DNA of 64,000 nucleotides from Alphaproteobacteria bacterium (GCA_965276005.1 OZ254962.1:2890699-2954698); one strand, 5' to 3'. Shown: positions 42,401 through 50,863, counted from the first letter of the stretch. Translations and numbers: made by a program. The notes: generated by a model from the sequence alone, not told the origin.

Positions 42401-43670
42401 TCGCACCAACCAAGCATCGTATCCCGTATTTCGCCCTGTTACCACCGATGTTAAGGGCGAACGCCGCTTTATTAGCACCATTGCCAAGCGATTAGATGGT
42501 CTGGGGGCTATCACACGGGGACAACGGGATACAGGCGGACAAGGCATGTTTAGTGCTGATGACAACCTAGAAACCGATTATGCCCGCAATGCGATGCATT
42601 TCTTATTGCGGGATATTTATCATGGCAAAGCCCCTATCTCGATGACTGAATTTGCTGATATGACCGCATTGAAACTAACCGATGGTGAGGGTATGCTGAA
42701 AACCGATTTACCACCCATTACACAGGTGTTAAACCGCATATTAGCGTTGCGGATTGACGACCAAAACAAATTGTTTGAAATCTTTAACACATACCTTGAC
42801 GGGGTGATCGAAAATGCCAAAATCAACGGTACATATGAGCAGGGCGTAAAACATATGCAAGCGTTATCGTTTAAGGTGGTAAACAGCGAAGGTGTTTACG
42901 AACACGCTAAAGACCAACAAACTGTGTGTATGACTATTGCCCGTAAAGATGCGACACAATTTAACGATTGGCAAAAGCTATCGTTTCATTTACACGCCAA
43001 ATGGGTTATGAATAGCCAAAGCGGTAATGTGGCTGTGTTGCTACCTGCCAATCATATCACAACAGAGGCAGGGGAAGTACGGCAACGGGTTAGTTTACAT
43101 CGGGTGGCAAGTATGGAAAGCATGGATGTAGATGACTACTTAAAATCCAATTGGCAACAGATCGACAAAGACCAGTTTATCCCATTGTGGCAACAGCAAA
43201 CTGCTGATACGCCGAAATACCAACAATCGCAATTTAAAATGATTGCCGGGGTGATGTTGCCCGTATGGCATGCGTTGCCCGATCAACAAATGGAAATCAA
43301 ACGGCTGATAACCGATGACGGACAAACTGTGCTTGGTCGCATGATTAACGATGAAGGCTTAAACACATTTTACCGCAAAATGAACATCGATAAATCGGTA
43401 AAATTTAACCTTGCAAATGCCATTCAATCGGTACAAACAGACGGCAAAGCCACTGTTACGACCGGGCTAACGGTAAAGTCTGTACGGGTCAATTATAGCG
43501 ATCGCTACGAAGTGATGCATAGCTGTTTGCCACCCCATCAAGTGCAAATATTATGCAACGATGGGGCGTTTTTTACCGAAATTATCAATTATCAAAAACG
43601 GCTGTTTATTGCCTGTGATAACATCGCTCACGGTATGGACAAACTAGCACGCATGGCAGGCGTTGTATAA
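39408..43670 (+). CDS. Methyltransferase / strawberry-notch SF2 helicase fusion
   Basis: QQFSTP, IEPSAGTG and VMNPPF (N6-adenine MTase); LGDGTGCGKGRQ, VFDESH, YVSATGA, FSDAGGTGRSYHA and QGLGRTNR (Sno helicase). Confidence 0.95.
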   Translation: MNTETNTAQQVHTKITATIDDICVHLSQGHSLTAHINRIMTAHFGSDANGNWDRRMAYDMCETAISRFIHQYGRAILSQKDPATILGMLQKVQHLMPTETVRSENQVKLQQFSTPITVGYLVYLASGLQTGDTVIEPSAGTGMLACFARAMGNSVVVNEIDDFRFSCLKTVYDNVLQLDAKYLADLLPEQRADVIVMNPPFAGDNDGKSTHTMNLHITNAVNMLKPNGRLVLITGDNFSNSNNRYTTVFNTLDSRGSVVFTGGLPHYAFAKTGTSFDTRMTVFDKGVFGVEKNVYHNPEGTYADMAVYIQTGIPARTVPTTLLSTPPQVGDLFSQAVHAPVAKPVQKANKAFVQKMPTMGKNDVVEVAYSNSSLPKFLDETVGMYQNYEPQVLQITDAKAHPSELVQSMAMASIAPPACAYKPKTYAHVISEGILSAAQLETVIYAGEQHSKYINGLRKVDDTNIVFLTDAHDQDGVKYRKGYFLGDGTGCGKGRQVAGIILDNFLNGRTKALWVSKSDKLYEDAIRDWTAVGGHKTQVFHLNKIKANASIPHDSGILFTTYATLRGGETETRRSRLAQIIEWVGKDFDGVVVFDESHALANALSSQSDRGVKKASAQGTAGLKLQNQLPEARFVYVSATGATSVANLAYADRLGLWASEDFPFANPSDFAHKMSKGGVAAMEVISRDLKALGLYTARSLSYAGVEVDVLKHDLTEQQISIYDTYADAYKQIHNHLEQALCETKIIVGNATANKNAKAAAKSAFESNKQRFFNQILTAMKCPSLFKAIDADLENDKSVVIQIVTTGGAILDRRLQQIPKSEWNDLQIDLTPREYMVDYLQNAFPTRAMKTIVDEHGNTTSEPMCDAQGNPVFCQEAVALRDSMLHMVYSLPPLEGALDQIIKRYGHETVAEVTGRGKRVVINKAGNLCVQNRPTSANINETNAFMDGDKRILIFSDAGGTGRSYHADVNCKNQQQRIHYLLEPGWRADNAVQGLGRTNRTNQASYPVFRPVTTDVKGERRFISTIAKRLDGLGAITRGQRDTGGQGMFSADDNLETDYARNAMHFLLRDIYHGKAPISMTEFADMTALKLTDGEGMLKTDLPPITQVLNRILALRIDDQNKLFEIFNTYLDGVIENAKINGTYEQGVKHMQALSFKVVNSEGVYEHAKDQQTVCMTIARKDATQFNDWQKLSFHLHAKWVMNSQSGNVAVLLPANHITTEAGEVRQRVSLHRVASMESMDVDDYLKSNWQQIDKDQFIPLWQQQTADTPKYQQSQFKMIAGVMLPVWHALPDQQMEIKRLITDDGQTVLGRMINDEGLNTFYRKMNIDKSVKFNLANAIQSVQTDGKATVTTGLTVKSVRVNYSDRYEVMHSCLPPHQVQILCNDGAFFTEIINYQKRLFIACDNIAHGMDKLARMAGVV

Positions 43671-43789
43671 AACAAATTCTGCTTATATTGTTACACTGTA
43701 CTTGGGGGCTATATGCCCCCATTTTTTGTTAGGTTACAAAAAAAACAAAATGTGCATATCTGCCATAATTTCAATTTTACAGTCAAAAA

Positions 43790-43838
43790 AGATACATTTT
43801 TTACATAATAGTGCACCCATAAGGGGTGCAAAGAAAGT
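43790..43838 (+). promoter_or_regulatory. Conserved upstream element copy 4
   Basis: AGATAC..TTTT..TGCACCC-ATAAG-GGGTGCA-AAGAAAGT. Confidence 0.78.
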
Positions 43839-43880
43839 GTATTACTTCATATTTTACAACAGATTAAGGAGAACAGTACC

Positions 43881-44225
43881 ATGCAAAATGTACACAATAC
43901 CCCCACAAAGACAGTAATGGCAGTTAGCATAATAGCGTACGGTATTCGCAAGCGATGCCGTAAGACATCACAAGAGTACCTTTTAAAATGTGATATGGAT
44001 TTTCCACAGGAAAATACGCAAGCATTTTATCAGCAAAATAAAGCGTTTTTGTCAGACAAAGCCGACACGCTCAGTGCTGAAAAAATGAAACGAGTGGATA
44101 AAATATATGTTCAAATGGTGCCGACTGTTATCGATAGCAGTCGTGGGTATCAAACCAGAACATGCGACATGATAAGTGATGCAAACTTACGGGTCGAAAT
44201 TTCTGACAAACAAAATACCATATAA
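43881..44225 (+). CDS. Hypothetical protein
   Basis: AAGGAGA RBS; follows element copy 4. Confidence 0.65.
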   Translation: MQNVHNTPTKTVMAVSIIAYGIRKRCRKTSQEYLLKCDMDFPQENTQAFYQQNKAFLSDKADTLSAEKMKRVDKIYVQMVPTVIDSSRGYQTRTCDMISDANLRVEISDKQNTI

Positions 44226-44240
44226 GACGAGGAGCAAATT

Positions 44241-44480
44241 ATGAATAAAACATTTCATGTTATAACCCGTAAAAGGTTCGGAGAAAAAGTTACCAAAACA
44301 GTCCGTGTTTCTATCAGGCACGCAGGCAGTGTTTCCATATCGGTAGACGGGGAACGCAAACATTTTAAAGGCGAATCTGCACGCACAAACGCCCGCCGGT
44401 GGATGAACGATAAAGTGCAAGGATCGGCGTGTACAGTAAACGCTGATGAATTATACCGGGCAGGATATTTTGACTGGTAA
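44241..44480 (+). CDS. Hypothetical basic protein
   Basis: GAGGAG RBS; 79 aa. Confidence 0.65.
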   Translation: MNKTFHVITRKRFGEKVTKTVRVSIRHAGSVSISVDGERKHFKGESARTNARRWMNDKVQGSACTVNADELYRAGYFDW

Positions 44481-44525
44481 GATAATTTTTTTATACATTG
44501 TCCCCATAAGGGGGCAAAGTAAAGT
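44480..44525 (+). promoter_or_regulatory. Conserved upstream element copy 5
   Basis: AGATAATTTT..TTGTCCCC-ATAA-GGGGGCAA-AGTAAAGT. Confidence 0.75.
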
Positions 44526-44553
44526 GCAATCTATTATAATGAGGAGAATACCG

Positions 44554-44676
44554 ATGGTAGAAGTAACATATACCGATATGAGCAAGCGAAAGTTTGCCAC
44601 ACTTGCAGACGCAGAAAAATGGGCTGAGGCAAATGACAAAACACCGATGCTAACCAATCTCAATGCAAAACCGTAA
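44554..44676 (+). CDS. 40-aa small protein
   Basis: GAGGAGA RBS; MVEVTYTDMSKRKFATLADAEKWAEANDK...; terminator at 44682-44706. Confidence 0.6.
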   Translation: MVEVTYTDMSKRKFATLADAEKWAEANDKTPMLTNLNAKP

Positions 44677-44730
44677 TCAGTGGGGGGCAATCGCCCCCCT
44701 TATTTTAACATTTCTTATAAAGGAAAAAAC

Positions 44731-45027
44731 ATGAAAATTCAAAACATTCAACAATACGGTACTACCGCTACCACACGCAAAAATGCCAAATCAGCTTTAA
44801 AATATTTCATCGATAACAACATTGACGCATGCCAAGCGATTTTTGTCAATCGTATGGATTTTAAATTTGAAAAAATAGCAGACGGTATATTCAGAGTTTT
44901 CAAATGGGAAACTGGTAATTGGGGTGCGAGCAGAAACCAAACCTTTAGAGGTAAAACTGGCAGATGGTCTCACGAATTTGATATACACACGCACTACGAA
45001 CACACAAAATCTCTGTTAGATGTTTAA
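44731..45027 (+). CDS. Hypothetical protein
   Basis: AAAGGA RBS before ATG 44731. Confidence 0.6.
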   Translation: MKIQNIQQYGTTATTRKNAKSALKYFIDNNIDACQAIFVNRMDFKFEKIADGIFRVFKWETGNWGASRNQTFRGKTGRWSHEFDIHTHYEHTKSLLDV

Positions 45028-45066
45028 AGTATGTAAAGGCAAATACATTAAAGAAGGAAAAAGCAC

Positions 45067-45336
45067 ATGACAATCACCATATACTGTAAAGACAATTGCC
45101 CTAATTGTGATGTTGCTAAACAATTGGTTACAGCACAAGGGCATAGTCCAAGAATCGTGAAGTTGGGAGACGATATAACAAGAGAGGCATTTTTTGCCCG
45201 CTTTCACAATGCAAAAACCGTCCCGCAAATTGAAATTAACGGTCAGCATATTGGTGGACTAACCGCATTGCAAGCATATATGTCTGACCACATAACGACA
45301 CAGGGAATGTATATTCCCCCTTGCTATGCTCCATAA
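45067..45336 (+). CDS. Glutaredoxin
   Basis: IYCKDNCPNCDVAK and TVPQIEINGQHIGG motifs. Confidence 0.92.
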   Translation: MTITIYCKDNCPNCDVAKQLVTAQGHSPRIVKLGDDITREAFFARFHNAKTVPQIEINGQHIGGLTALQAYMSDHITTQGMYIPPCYAP

Positions 45337-45385
45337 GATAAGCATTTTGACATGTATCGACCCCATGCGGGGGTCAAAGAAGAGT
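45336..45385 (+). promoter_or_regulatory. Conserved upstream element copy 6
   Basis: AGATAAGCATTTT..GACCCC-ATGCG-GGGGTC-AAAGAAGAGT. Confidence 0.78.
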
Positions 45386-45414
45386 ATCGTAAATTTAATA
45401 TTAGGAGTATAAAA

Positions 45415-45633
45415 ATGACTGATACACCAACAATTAACATGGTTTTTTCAAAAACCAACGGATCATCATTCTTGGTACATGGATTTACCGAGAGAGATAT
45501 TAGGGCATTTGCCCAACAACAGCATTTGCCACAAGACGATGTGTACGAAGTGCGAGACGATGAAATCCAGTACTATTGCTTCGCCGGGCGATATATCTTG
45601 AACGAGAACGGGGAAAATGTTGACCCGTTTTAA
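45415..45633 (+). CDS. Hypothetical acidic small protein
   Basis: AGGAG RBS before ATG 45415. Confidence 0.6.
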   Translation: MTDTPTINMVFSKTNGSSFLVHGFTERDIRAFAQQQHLPQDDVYEVRDDEIQYYCFAGRYILNENGENVDPF

Positions 45634-45711
45634 CAACTCAATAAAGACGGTTATAAAATCGCCTTTTTTATATCTGCAATAAAGTTTAACACAAATTTAG
45701 GGGGAGATATA

Positions 45712-46194
45712 ATGAAAATATTTCCAATGCCGGGCGGTGCTTATTTACCTTCTGTTGCCAACCAACAATATCACTGGTACATGGAACAGATGCTCGATGA
45801 ACATCCAAAAATTACCCACAATATGGATTTAGACCACATTAAACTTTGCTGTTATCATATTGTCAACAGTAAAATATTTAACGACTGTATCGGGGATGAA
45901 GTTGGATATGAAAACTCGTATCGTCGCAAGTTACATATTGTTATCACGGATACATTCGTAGGTATATATGTGGGATTATCTTGTTATGACACGGATACTA
46001 TACAAGAAATATTATGTTACGATCACATTGCTATGAAATGGGATCCATCAGCAAATGATACCCATCTATATTTGATGCGGTTTGATACTGGCGAAGAAAA
46101 CAACCATCACAATCCCAGCATCTTGATAAAACCAATTACAGACTTAACACATATGCTGTTTGGCATTCCTAGTACGCAACTATCACTCATATGA
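45712..46194 (+). CDS. Hypothetical protein
   Basis: GGGAGA RBS; 160 aa. Confidence 0.65.
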   Translation: MKIFPMPGGAYLPSVANQQYHWYMEQMLDEHPKITHNMDLDHIKLCCYHIVNSKIFNDCIGDEVGYENSYRRKLHIVITDTFVGIYVGLSCYDTDTIQEILCYDHIAMKWDPSANDTHLYLMRFDTGEENNHHNPSILIKPITDLTHMLFGIPSTQLSLI

Positions 46195-46195
46195 G

Positions 46196-46245
46196 AGATA
46201 AAATTTTTTTCAAGGGGACGACCCAAACAAGGGATCAAAGAAAGT
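46196..46245 (+). promoter_or_regulatory. Conserved upstream element copy 7
   Basis: AGATAA..TTTT..GACCC-AAACAA-GGGATC-AAAGAAAGT. Confidence 0.7.
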
Positions 46246-46276
46246 ATTCTATTTACCTAATTTAAGGAGAACACAG

Positions 46277-46828
46277 ATGCGTAAAACATTGCAACAATTT
46301 AAAGACTTTGTCAAAAATCAAGGGTGGGCAGCAGAAATACAATATGATTTCTTAACCCATTTTAAGTATCGTCCCAATCATCAACAGCTTATGCGTCGTA
46401 TGATACACAGCGGCTTATCTATAAACGAAGCATTATTGGATGACGCTCTAAACGCATACCAACAACAATGGAATTGGATTATGCAATCCACTTGGGCAGG
46501 TATGAAACATCGCTTATTAACAGATCATGCTGATACCGTCATTTATGATTATACAGGTGGGTATACAGCTGATGATTTCCATACACAAGCACAACATCCG
46601 CAAATATCAGTAAAAAATCTGTTGGCTGATTTAGAAACAGTGTTTACCGAATATTTGGAAAGCACCGATGCCCAAGACCGACAAAGCGTAATGGACGAAT
46701 TAGACCATGTCAAACAGCAATATGGTGAACCTGAAACAAATTATTGGAACCAGCCCCTGATTTTTTATATTGAATATATCAATTACCGATATGAACGACA
46801 GTATCAATTAACCATTTGCAAAGACTAA
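46277..46828 (+). CDS. Hypothetical protein
   Basis: AAGGAGA RBS; 183 aa; terminator at 46835-46863. Confidence 0.7.
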   Translation: MRKTLQQFKDFVKNQGWAAEIQYDFLTHFKYRPNHQQLMRRMIHSGLSINEALLDDALNAYQQQWNWIMQSTWAGMKHRLLTDHADTVIYDYTGGYTADDFHTQAQHPQISVKNLLADLETVFTEYLESTDAQDRQSVMDELDHVKQQYGEPETNYWNQPLIFYIEYINYRYERQYQLTICKD

Positions 46829-46886
46829 AACACAGGGCGGACATAAACATTCCGCCCTTTTTCTTAACAGCAAGGGAACAAACATC

Positions 46887-47114
46887 ATGGAAAAATCTAT
46901 TCGCAGTACAGACATTTTAAAGCAATATCCGAATATGCCGGTAGATACAGTAACCCATATCATGAACTTCATGACCAGCGGTCACGGCGTCTTTATTGGT
47001 AACATCAAAGTATCTGTTGTCTTGTCAGTGGGGAAATGGCTAGACAAGAAACATGTTCATATCCATCAACAACAGCAAATGTTGGCAGAATGGCAGAGTA
47101 CGAAAGAGAGGTAG
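46887..47114 (+). CDS. Hypothetical protein
   Basis: AAGGGA RBS; 75 aa. Confidence 0.5.
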   Translation: MEKSIRSTDILKQYPNMPVDTVTHIMNFMTSGHGVFIGNIKVSVVLSVGKWLDKKHVHIHQQQQMLAEWQSTKER

Positions 47115-47130
47115 CAGCAGGGGTGTCCCA

Positions 47131-47466
47131 TTACCCCCAAATTAAAGAGTCAAGCCTGCCGATAATTTCAACAACATAATCCTCAGCTAGTGTGGTGTGT
47201 TTCTTGGTGTTACGGTGTTGCCAATCTAGCGATTTTACTTGGTCGCACAGGACATGCCCCGACACCTTGTCATTTCCGTCATCTATACACACTTTAAATC
47301 CTACAGATGATTTTATCCCTACACCTTGTGTAATGGGTACAAACCCATGTTTATTGTACTTCTACGGTGATATAACTACAGCAGGACGGCGTTTTCTTTG
47401 TTCCTTGCCTACTTGTGGGTCAAAATTGATATACACAATATCCCCTTTCGCAGGTATGCATGTCAT
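47131..47466 (-). pseudogene. mazF: MazF/PemK toxin with an in-frame amber stop
   Basis: MTCIPAKGDIVYINFDPQVGKEQRKRRPAVVISP*KYNKHG..PIT..VLCDQVKSLDW; TAG at 47364-47362. Confidence 0.9.
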
Positions 47467-47702
47467 TACAATACTTCCTGTCCCACAGCACTATTATCCC
47501 ATGCGTAAGGCTCCGGTTCATGTTCAGATAACAGTGTATCCAAATCATATTTTTTGCGTCTCGACTGCAATTTTGGTTTGAGTACCCACTCACTGGTTTC
47601 CACAGTAAGTACATCACCATCTTCGGCATCAAGGCTTTGTAATAATGGTTTGGGTAGCCTAACACCTAGACTATTTCCCCATTTGCTGATGGCTAATTCC
47701 AT
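47466..47702 (-). CDS. mazE: MazE/AbrB antitoxin
   Basis: ISKWGNSLGVRLPK..YDLDTLL..WDNSAVGQEVL. Confidence 0.92.
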   Translation of the reverse strand: MELAISKWGNSLGVRLPKPLLQSLDAEDGDVLTVETSEWVLKPKLQSRRKKYDLDTLLSEHEPEPYAWDNSAVGQEVL

Positions 47703-47771
47703 ATCTTAATTTCTTTCATCAAAACACGGTATATACAATATATGTACTGCATTATCTGTATTGTCAAGCAA

Positions 47772-47821
47772 AGATAAGAATTTTTAAAAATAGTAATCGC
47801 ATACGGCGATTAAAGTAAAGT
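47772..47821 (+). promoter_or_regulatory. Conserved upstream element copy 8
   Basis: AGATAAGAATTTTT..TAATCGC-ATACG-GCGATTA-AAGTAAAGT; stem sequence entirely different but pairing kept. Confidence 0.78.
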
Positions 47822-47857
47822 AACTATCGGAGCAAATGAGTCCAAAGGAGATTGAAA

Positions 47858-48148
47858 ATGACTATAACACCACTTGCATGGGTTGCAGGTTTCTCCGCTA
47901 TAAAATCTGCATATGACAAACAAGCCAAAAAAGGAAAATATGTCGTATGTATCGGATTAGTAGCAGAAAAATGTTCAGCAACTAGATATTTCAATTGTCG
48001 TAAACAAGCCATCGAATATGCACAGCAATTGATTGCACAATCGACAAAATCATTTCCAACCTGTTTTCTGTGTGAAACAGGGATGAGTGGAAAAGCACAA
48101 TGTTTAACACCGAACAATATAGGAGAAGTCAAATGCCAGTCCCAGTAA
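47858..48148 (+). CDS. Hypothetical protein
   Basis: AAGGAGA RBS before ATG 47858. Confidence 0.55.
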   Translation: MTITPLAWVAGFSAIKSAYDKQAKKGKYVVCIGLVAEKCSATRYFNCRKQAIEYAQQLIAQSTKSFPTCFLCETGMSGKAQCLTPNNIGEVKCQSQ

Positions 48149-48357
48149 CTCTGATCAACTTTTTTGTAGTTGTTAATATAACCTTATTGTTTGGTTGTAA
48201 TGTAATCGGGGGATGGTACTTATATATGTATAAAATTCGCCAACAACCTGTTACAGATTTTGACAAAATTCAAATCAAAGAATTGGTGTGGGCGATTATC
48301 ATGTTTTTGATTATGATAATCGTACTGTTAGTGTACAAAAAATATGTTTACGGTTAA
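48133..48357 (+). CDS. Small membrane protein (two hydrophobic helices)
   Basis: AGGAGA RBS; two transmembrane-like segments; terminator at 48369-48395. Confidence 0.6.
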   Translation: MPVPVTLINFFVVVNITLLFGCNVIGGWYLYMYKIRQQPVTDFDKIQIKELVWAIIMFLIMIIVLLVYKKYVYG

Positions 48358-48412
48358 ACCATTTTTACGGGGGCAGCGGCCCCCATTTCTTTTTTGACAT
48401 CTCACTATTACC

Positions 48413-48461
48413 AGATAAGTACTTCCTTTTAAAACACCCACACACAGGGGGTAAAGTAAAA
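48413..48461 (+). promoter_or_regulatory. Conserved upstream element copy 9 (degenerate)
   Basis: AGATAAG..ACCC-ACACACAG-GGGT-AAAGTAAAA, same 40-nt spacing. Confidence 0.6.
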
Positions 48462-48480
48462 TTTTAAATCAGGAGAGTTT

Positions 48481-48852
48481 ATGATGAAAATTATAGTTGC
48501 CGGCGGGCGGACATTTACAGATCAAAATATGGGATTTGCGTATTTAAGCAAACTACTTAAATCAGAAAATCTCTGTATTATAAGTGGCGATGCTAATGGT
48601 GCCGATACTATTGGTAAAAACTTCGCCAAAACACAGAATTTAGATTTAATTATAGTACCTGCTATGTGGCATGTGTACGGTAAAAGTGCTGGGTACCATC
48701 GTAACACTATTATGGCATCGATTGCCGATGGCTTAATTGCTTTTTGGAATAGTAAGTCCCATGGCACCAAGCATATGATTGATACTATGAAGTCGTTGGG
48801 TAAACGGGTGATAATCGTAAACTATATCACTGGTGAAATTCTGAAAGGTTAA
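48481..48852 (+). CDS. SLOG superfamily (DUF2493/YspA-like) protein
   Basis: KIIVAGGRTF, IISGDANGAD, WHVYGKSAGYHRN and AFWNSKSHGTKHMI motifs. Confidence 0.88.
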   Translation: MMKIIVAGGRTFTDQNMGFAYLSKLLKSENLCIISGDANGADTIGKNFAKTQNLDLIIVPAMWHVYGKSAGYHRNTIMASIADGLIAFWNSKSHGTKHMIDTMKSLGKRVIIVNYITGEILKG

Positions 48853-48856
48853 AAAT

Positions 48857-49297
48857 ATGGGTATAAAATTCGCAGCGGGTGATATATTCGCCCAACCTGT
48901 GCAAGCACTTATAAATCCTGTAAACACGGTTGGTGTTATGGGTAAGGAGCTTGCGATACAATTCAAAAATCGCTATCCACAGTATTTTGCCTATTATCAA
49001 AATCAGTGTGCTAGTGGGGAACTGTGTATGGGTACTGTTCGTGGTTATGATGTGGGCGAATATATCGTAGTATCATTTCCCACCAAAAAACACTGGTCCG
49101 ACAATTCCCAACTGTCAGATATTATCGCTGGGTTGAAATATTTAAAATCGTATATTGCAAAATTTCAAATGCAATCTATCGCCATACCTGCATTAGGGTG
49201 TGGACTAGGCAGCTTGCAATGGACAGGGGTAAAATCTGTTATCGAAACCATTTTATCTGATTGTCCATGCGACATTATCGTATTACAACCAAGATAA
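48857..49297 (+). CDS. Macro domain protein (DarG-like ADP-ribosylglycohydrolase)
   Basis: GDIF..ALINPVNTVGVMGK.LAIQFK..FPTKKHW..SIAIPALGCGLGSL.W. Confidence 0.92.
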   Translation: MGIKFAAGDIFAQPVQALINPVNTVGVMGKELAIQFKNRYPQYFAYYQNQCASGELCMGTVRGYDVGEYIVVSFPTKKHWSDNSQLSDIIAGLKYLKSYIAKFQMQSIAIPALGCGLGSLQWTGVKSVIETILSDCPCDIIVLQPR

Positions 49298-49341
49298 GAA
49301 ATTGTAAACAAAATGCCCCCACAAGGGGGCGGAAAGAAAGT
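49292..49341 (+). promoter_or_regulatory. Conserved upstream element copy 10
   Basis: AGATAAG..GCCCCC-ACAA-GGGGGC-GG-AAAGAAAGT; the AGATAA box includes the macro gene stop codon. Confidence 0.78.
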
Positions 49342-49375
49342 TTCATGTAACAGTAACAGCATAAGGAGACATCAA

Positions 49376-49837
49376 ATGGCTGCAAGCGTGAACAAAGTAA
49401 TCTTAATCGGAAACTTGGGTGCAAACCCAGACATTCGCAATACACAAAGTGGGGCAAAGGTGGCAACATTCAGCCTTGCAACAACAGAAAGCTGGAAAGA
49501 CCCATCTGGTCAAAAACAAGACCGTACCGAGTGGCACCGTGTGGTAATATGGGGGGATGGCTTGGTCAATGTGGTCGCACAGTACCTGCATAAAGGCTCA
49601 AAAATCTATATCGAAGGGCAGTTGCGTACCCGCAAATGGCAAAATCAACAAGGTCAAGACCAATACAGTACAGAAGTTGTTGTATCCGGATTTGGTGGAG
49701 GGCTGACCATGCTATCACCATCGCAAAACAATGGAGGACAAAACCAGCAACCGGTACAGCAGGCAGGCACTGTTGAAGCCCAACATCAAGCATCACCGCC
49801 CCCCATTGCAGATGTAGACGATGATGCCCCATTTTAA
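49376..49837 (+). CDS. ssb: Single-stranded DNA-binding protein
   Basis: SVNKVILIGNLGANP, TEWHRVV and KGSKIYIEGQLRTRKW motifs; acidic DDDAPF tail; terminator at 49868-49895. Confidence 0.98.
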   Translation: MAASVNKVILIGNLGANPDIRNTQSGAKVATFSLATTESWKDPSGQKQDRTEWHRVVIWGDGLVNVVAQYLHKGSKIYIEGQLRTRKWQNQQGQDQYSTEVVVSGFGGGLTMLSPSQNNGGQNQQPVQQAGTVEAQHQASPPPIADVDDDAPF

Positions 49838-50124
49838 ACAGTTTTTTCATCTCTCTAAAAAACACTGTGCGGAGTTTCGGCTCCGCATTTTTTTGTCGAG
49901 TATTATTTCATAGAATGCGTTATAAATCCGTTTTAAAGGTGCCACAGTGCCTATAAATCCATCTTGCATTACAATTCAATTAAAATAGGTTTCGCTTAAC
50001 CTTACACCTTTAAAATCCAGATTAGACACATTTTCAAGGCAAGAATAACATCTAAAATGTGCCATACGGTCGTTTCAACATATGCACAGTGCGTAAAACT
50101 GTATTCTATGCACCCACCCACACA

Positions 50125-50174
50125 AGATAAACGATTTTACCAAAAATAGACCGCTAATAAGCGGAAAGTTAAGT
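50125..50174 (+). promoter_or_regulatory. Conserved upstream element copy 11
   Basis: AGATAA..TTTT..CCGCT-AATA-AGCGG-AAAGTTAAGT. Confidence 0.7.
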
Positions 50175-50201
50175 AATTGAAAAAATCAACGGAGATTTGC
50201 A

Positions 50202-50609
50202 ATGATTTACACAACACACTTCAACGCCCTACGGCACCATACCACAGTACCATTTATTCCTGTCAGTATAGCAAGGTTCAAAGCAAAGTATGTGCAAGTA
50301 GACAGGCAATACAAAATATTAGCACCTAGCAAAGATTTATTACTGGGGTACAAAAACGGACAAATTTCAGATGCAGAATACACAGTGCAATTTTTAGCAC
50401 AATTGGAAAAATTGAATGCAAACAACATTATCGAGGATTTACGGAAATTAGGTAATGGTAAATCGGTCGGCTTGATTTGTCATTGCAGCACAAAAAATTT
50501 CTGCCATCGTCATTTGGTAGCAGAGTGGATTAAAAATTGTACAGGTCGTAATGTGGTAGAATTCAAAAATGAAAAGTGCCTGCGAATAGATGGAAAACTG
50601 GTACTGTAA
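50202..50609 (+). CDS. DUF488-like protein
   Basis: MIYTTHF..SIARF..LAPSKDLL..EYT..LIC....FCHRHLVAEWI pattern. Confidence 0.75.
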   Translation: MIYTTHFNALRHHTTVPFIPVSIARFKAKYVQVDRQYKILAPSKDLLLGYKNGQISDAEYTVQFLAQLEKLNANNIIEDLRKLGNGKSVGLICHCSTKNFCHRHLVAEWIKNCTGRNVVEFKNEKCLRIDGKLVL

Positions 50610-50863
50610 AATAGCAGGATGCGAATCCCGTTTTTTTGTCAAAGTCTATTTGCAAAATTGCACATCTCAAAAACCAAATTTCAAATCCAATTTTCACCGA
50701 AAATTTTTACCATAAGAAATTGATTTTAACCTGCCAATTTTACACTGCAAAAATCGATCACCGTTCAATCGCCACTGATGGCTTGTAAAAAATGTATATG
50801 TCCGAAACCTACATCGTGAATGACATTTGCTTAAAAAATAATCACACGGCTGAAGCCTAAAAA

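Noticed and set aside
34998-50174. The 11 hairpins as intrinsic terminators or integron attC sites
   Set aside because: They are followed by AAAGAAAGT and an RBS rather than a U run, separate terminators exist nearby, and there are no RYYYAAC/GTTRRRY ends or integron integrase.
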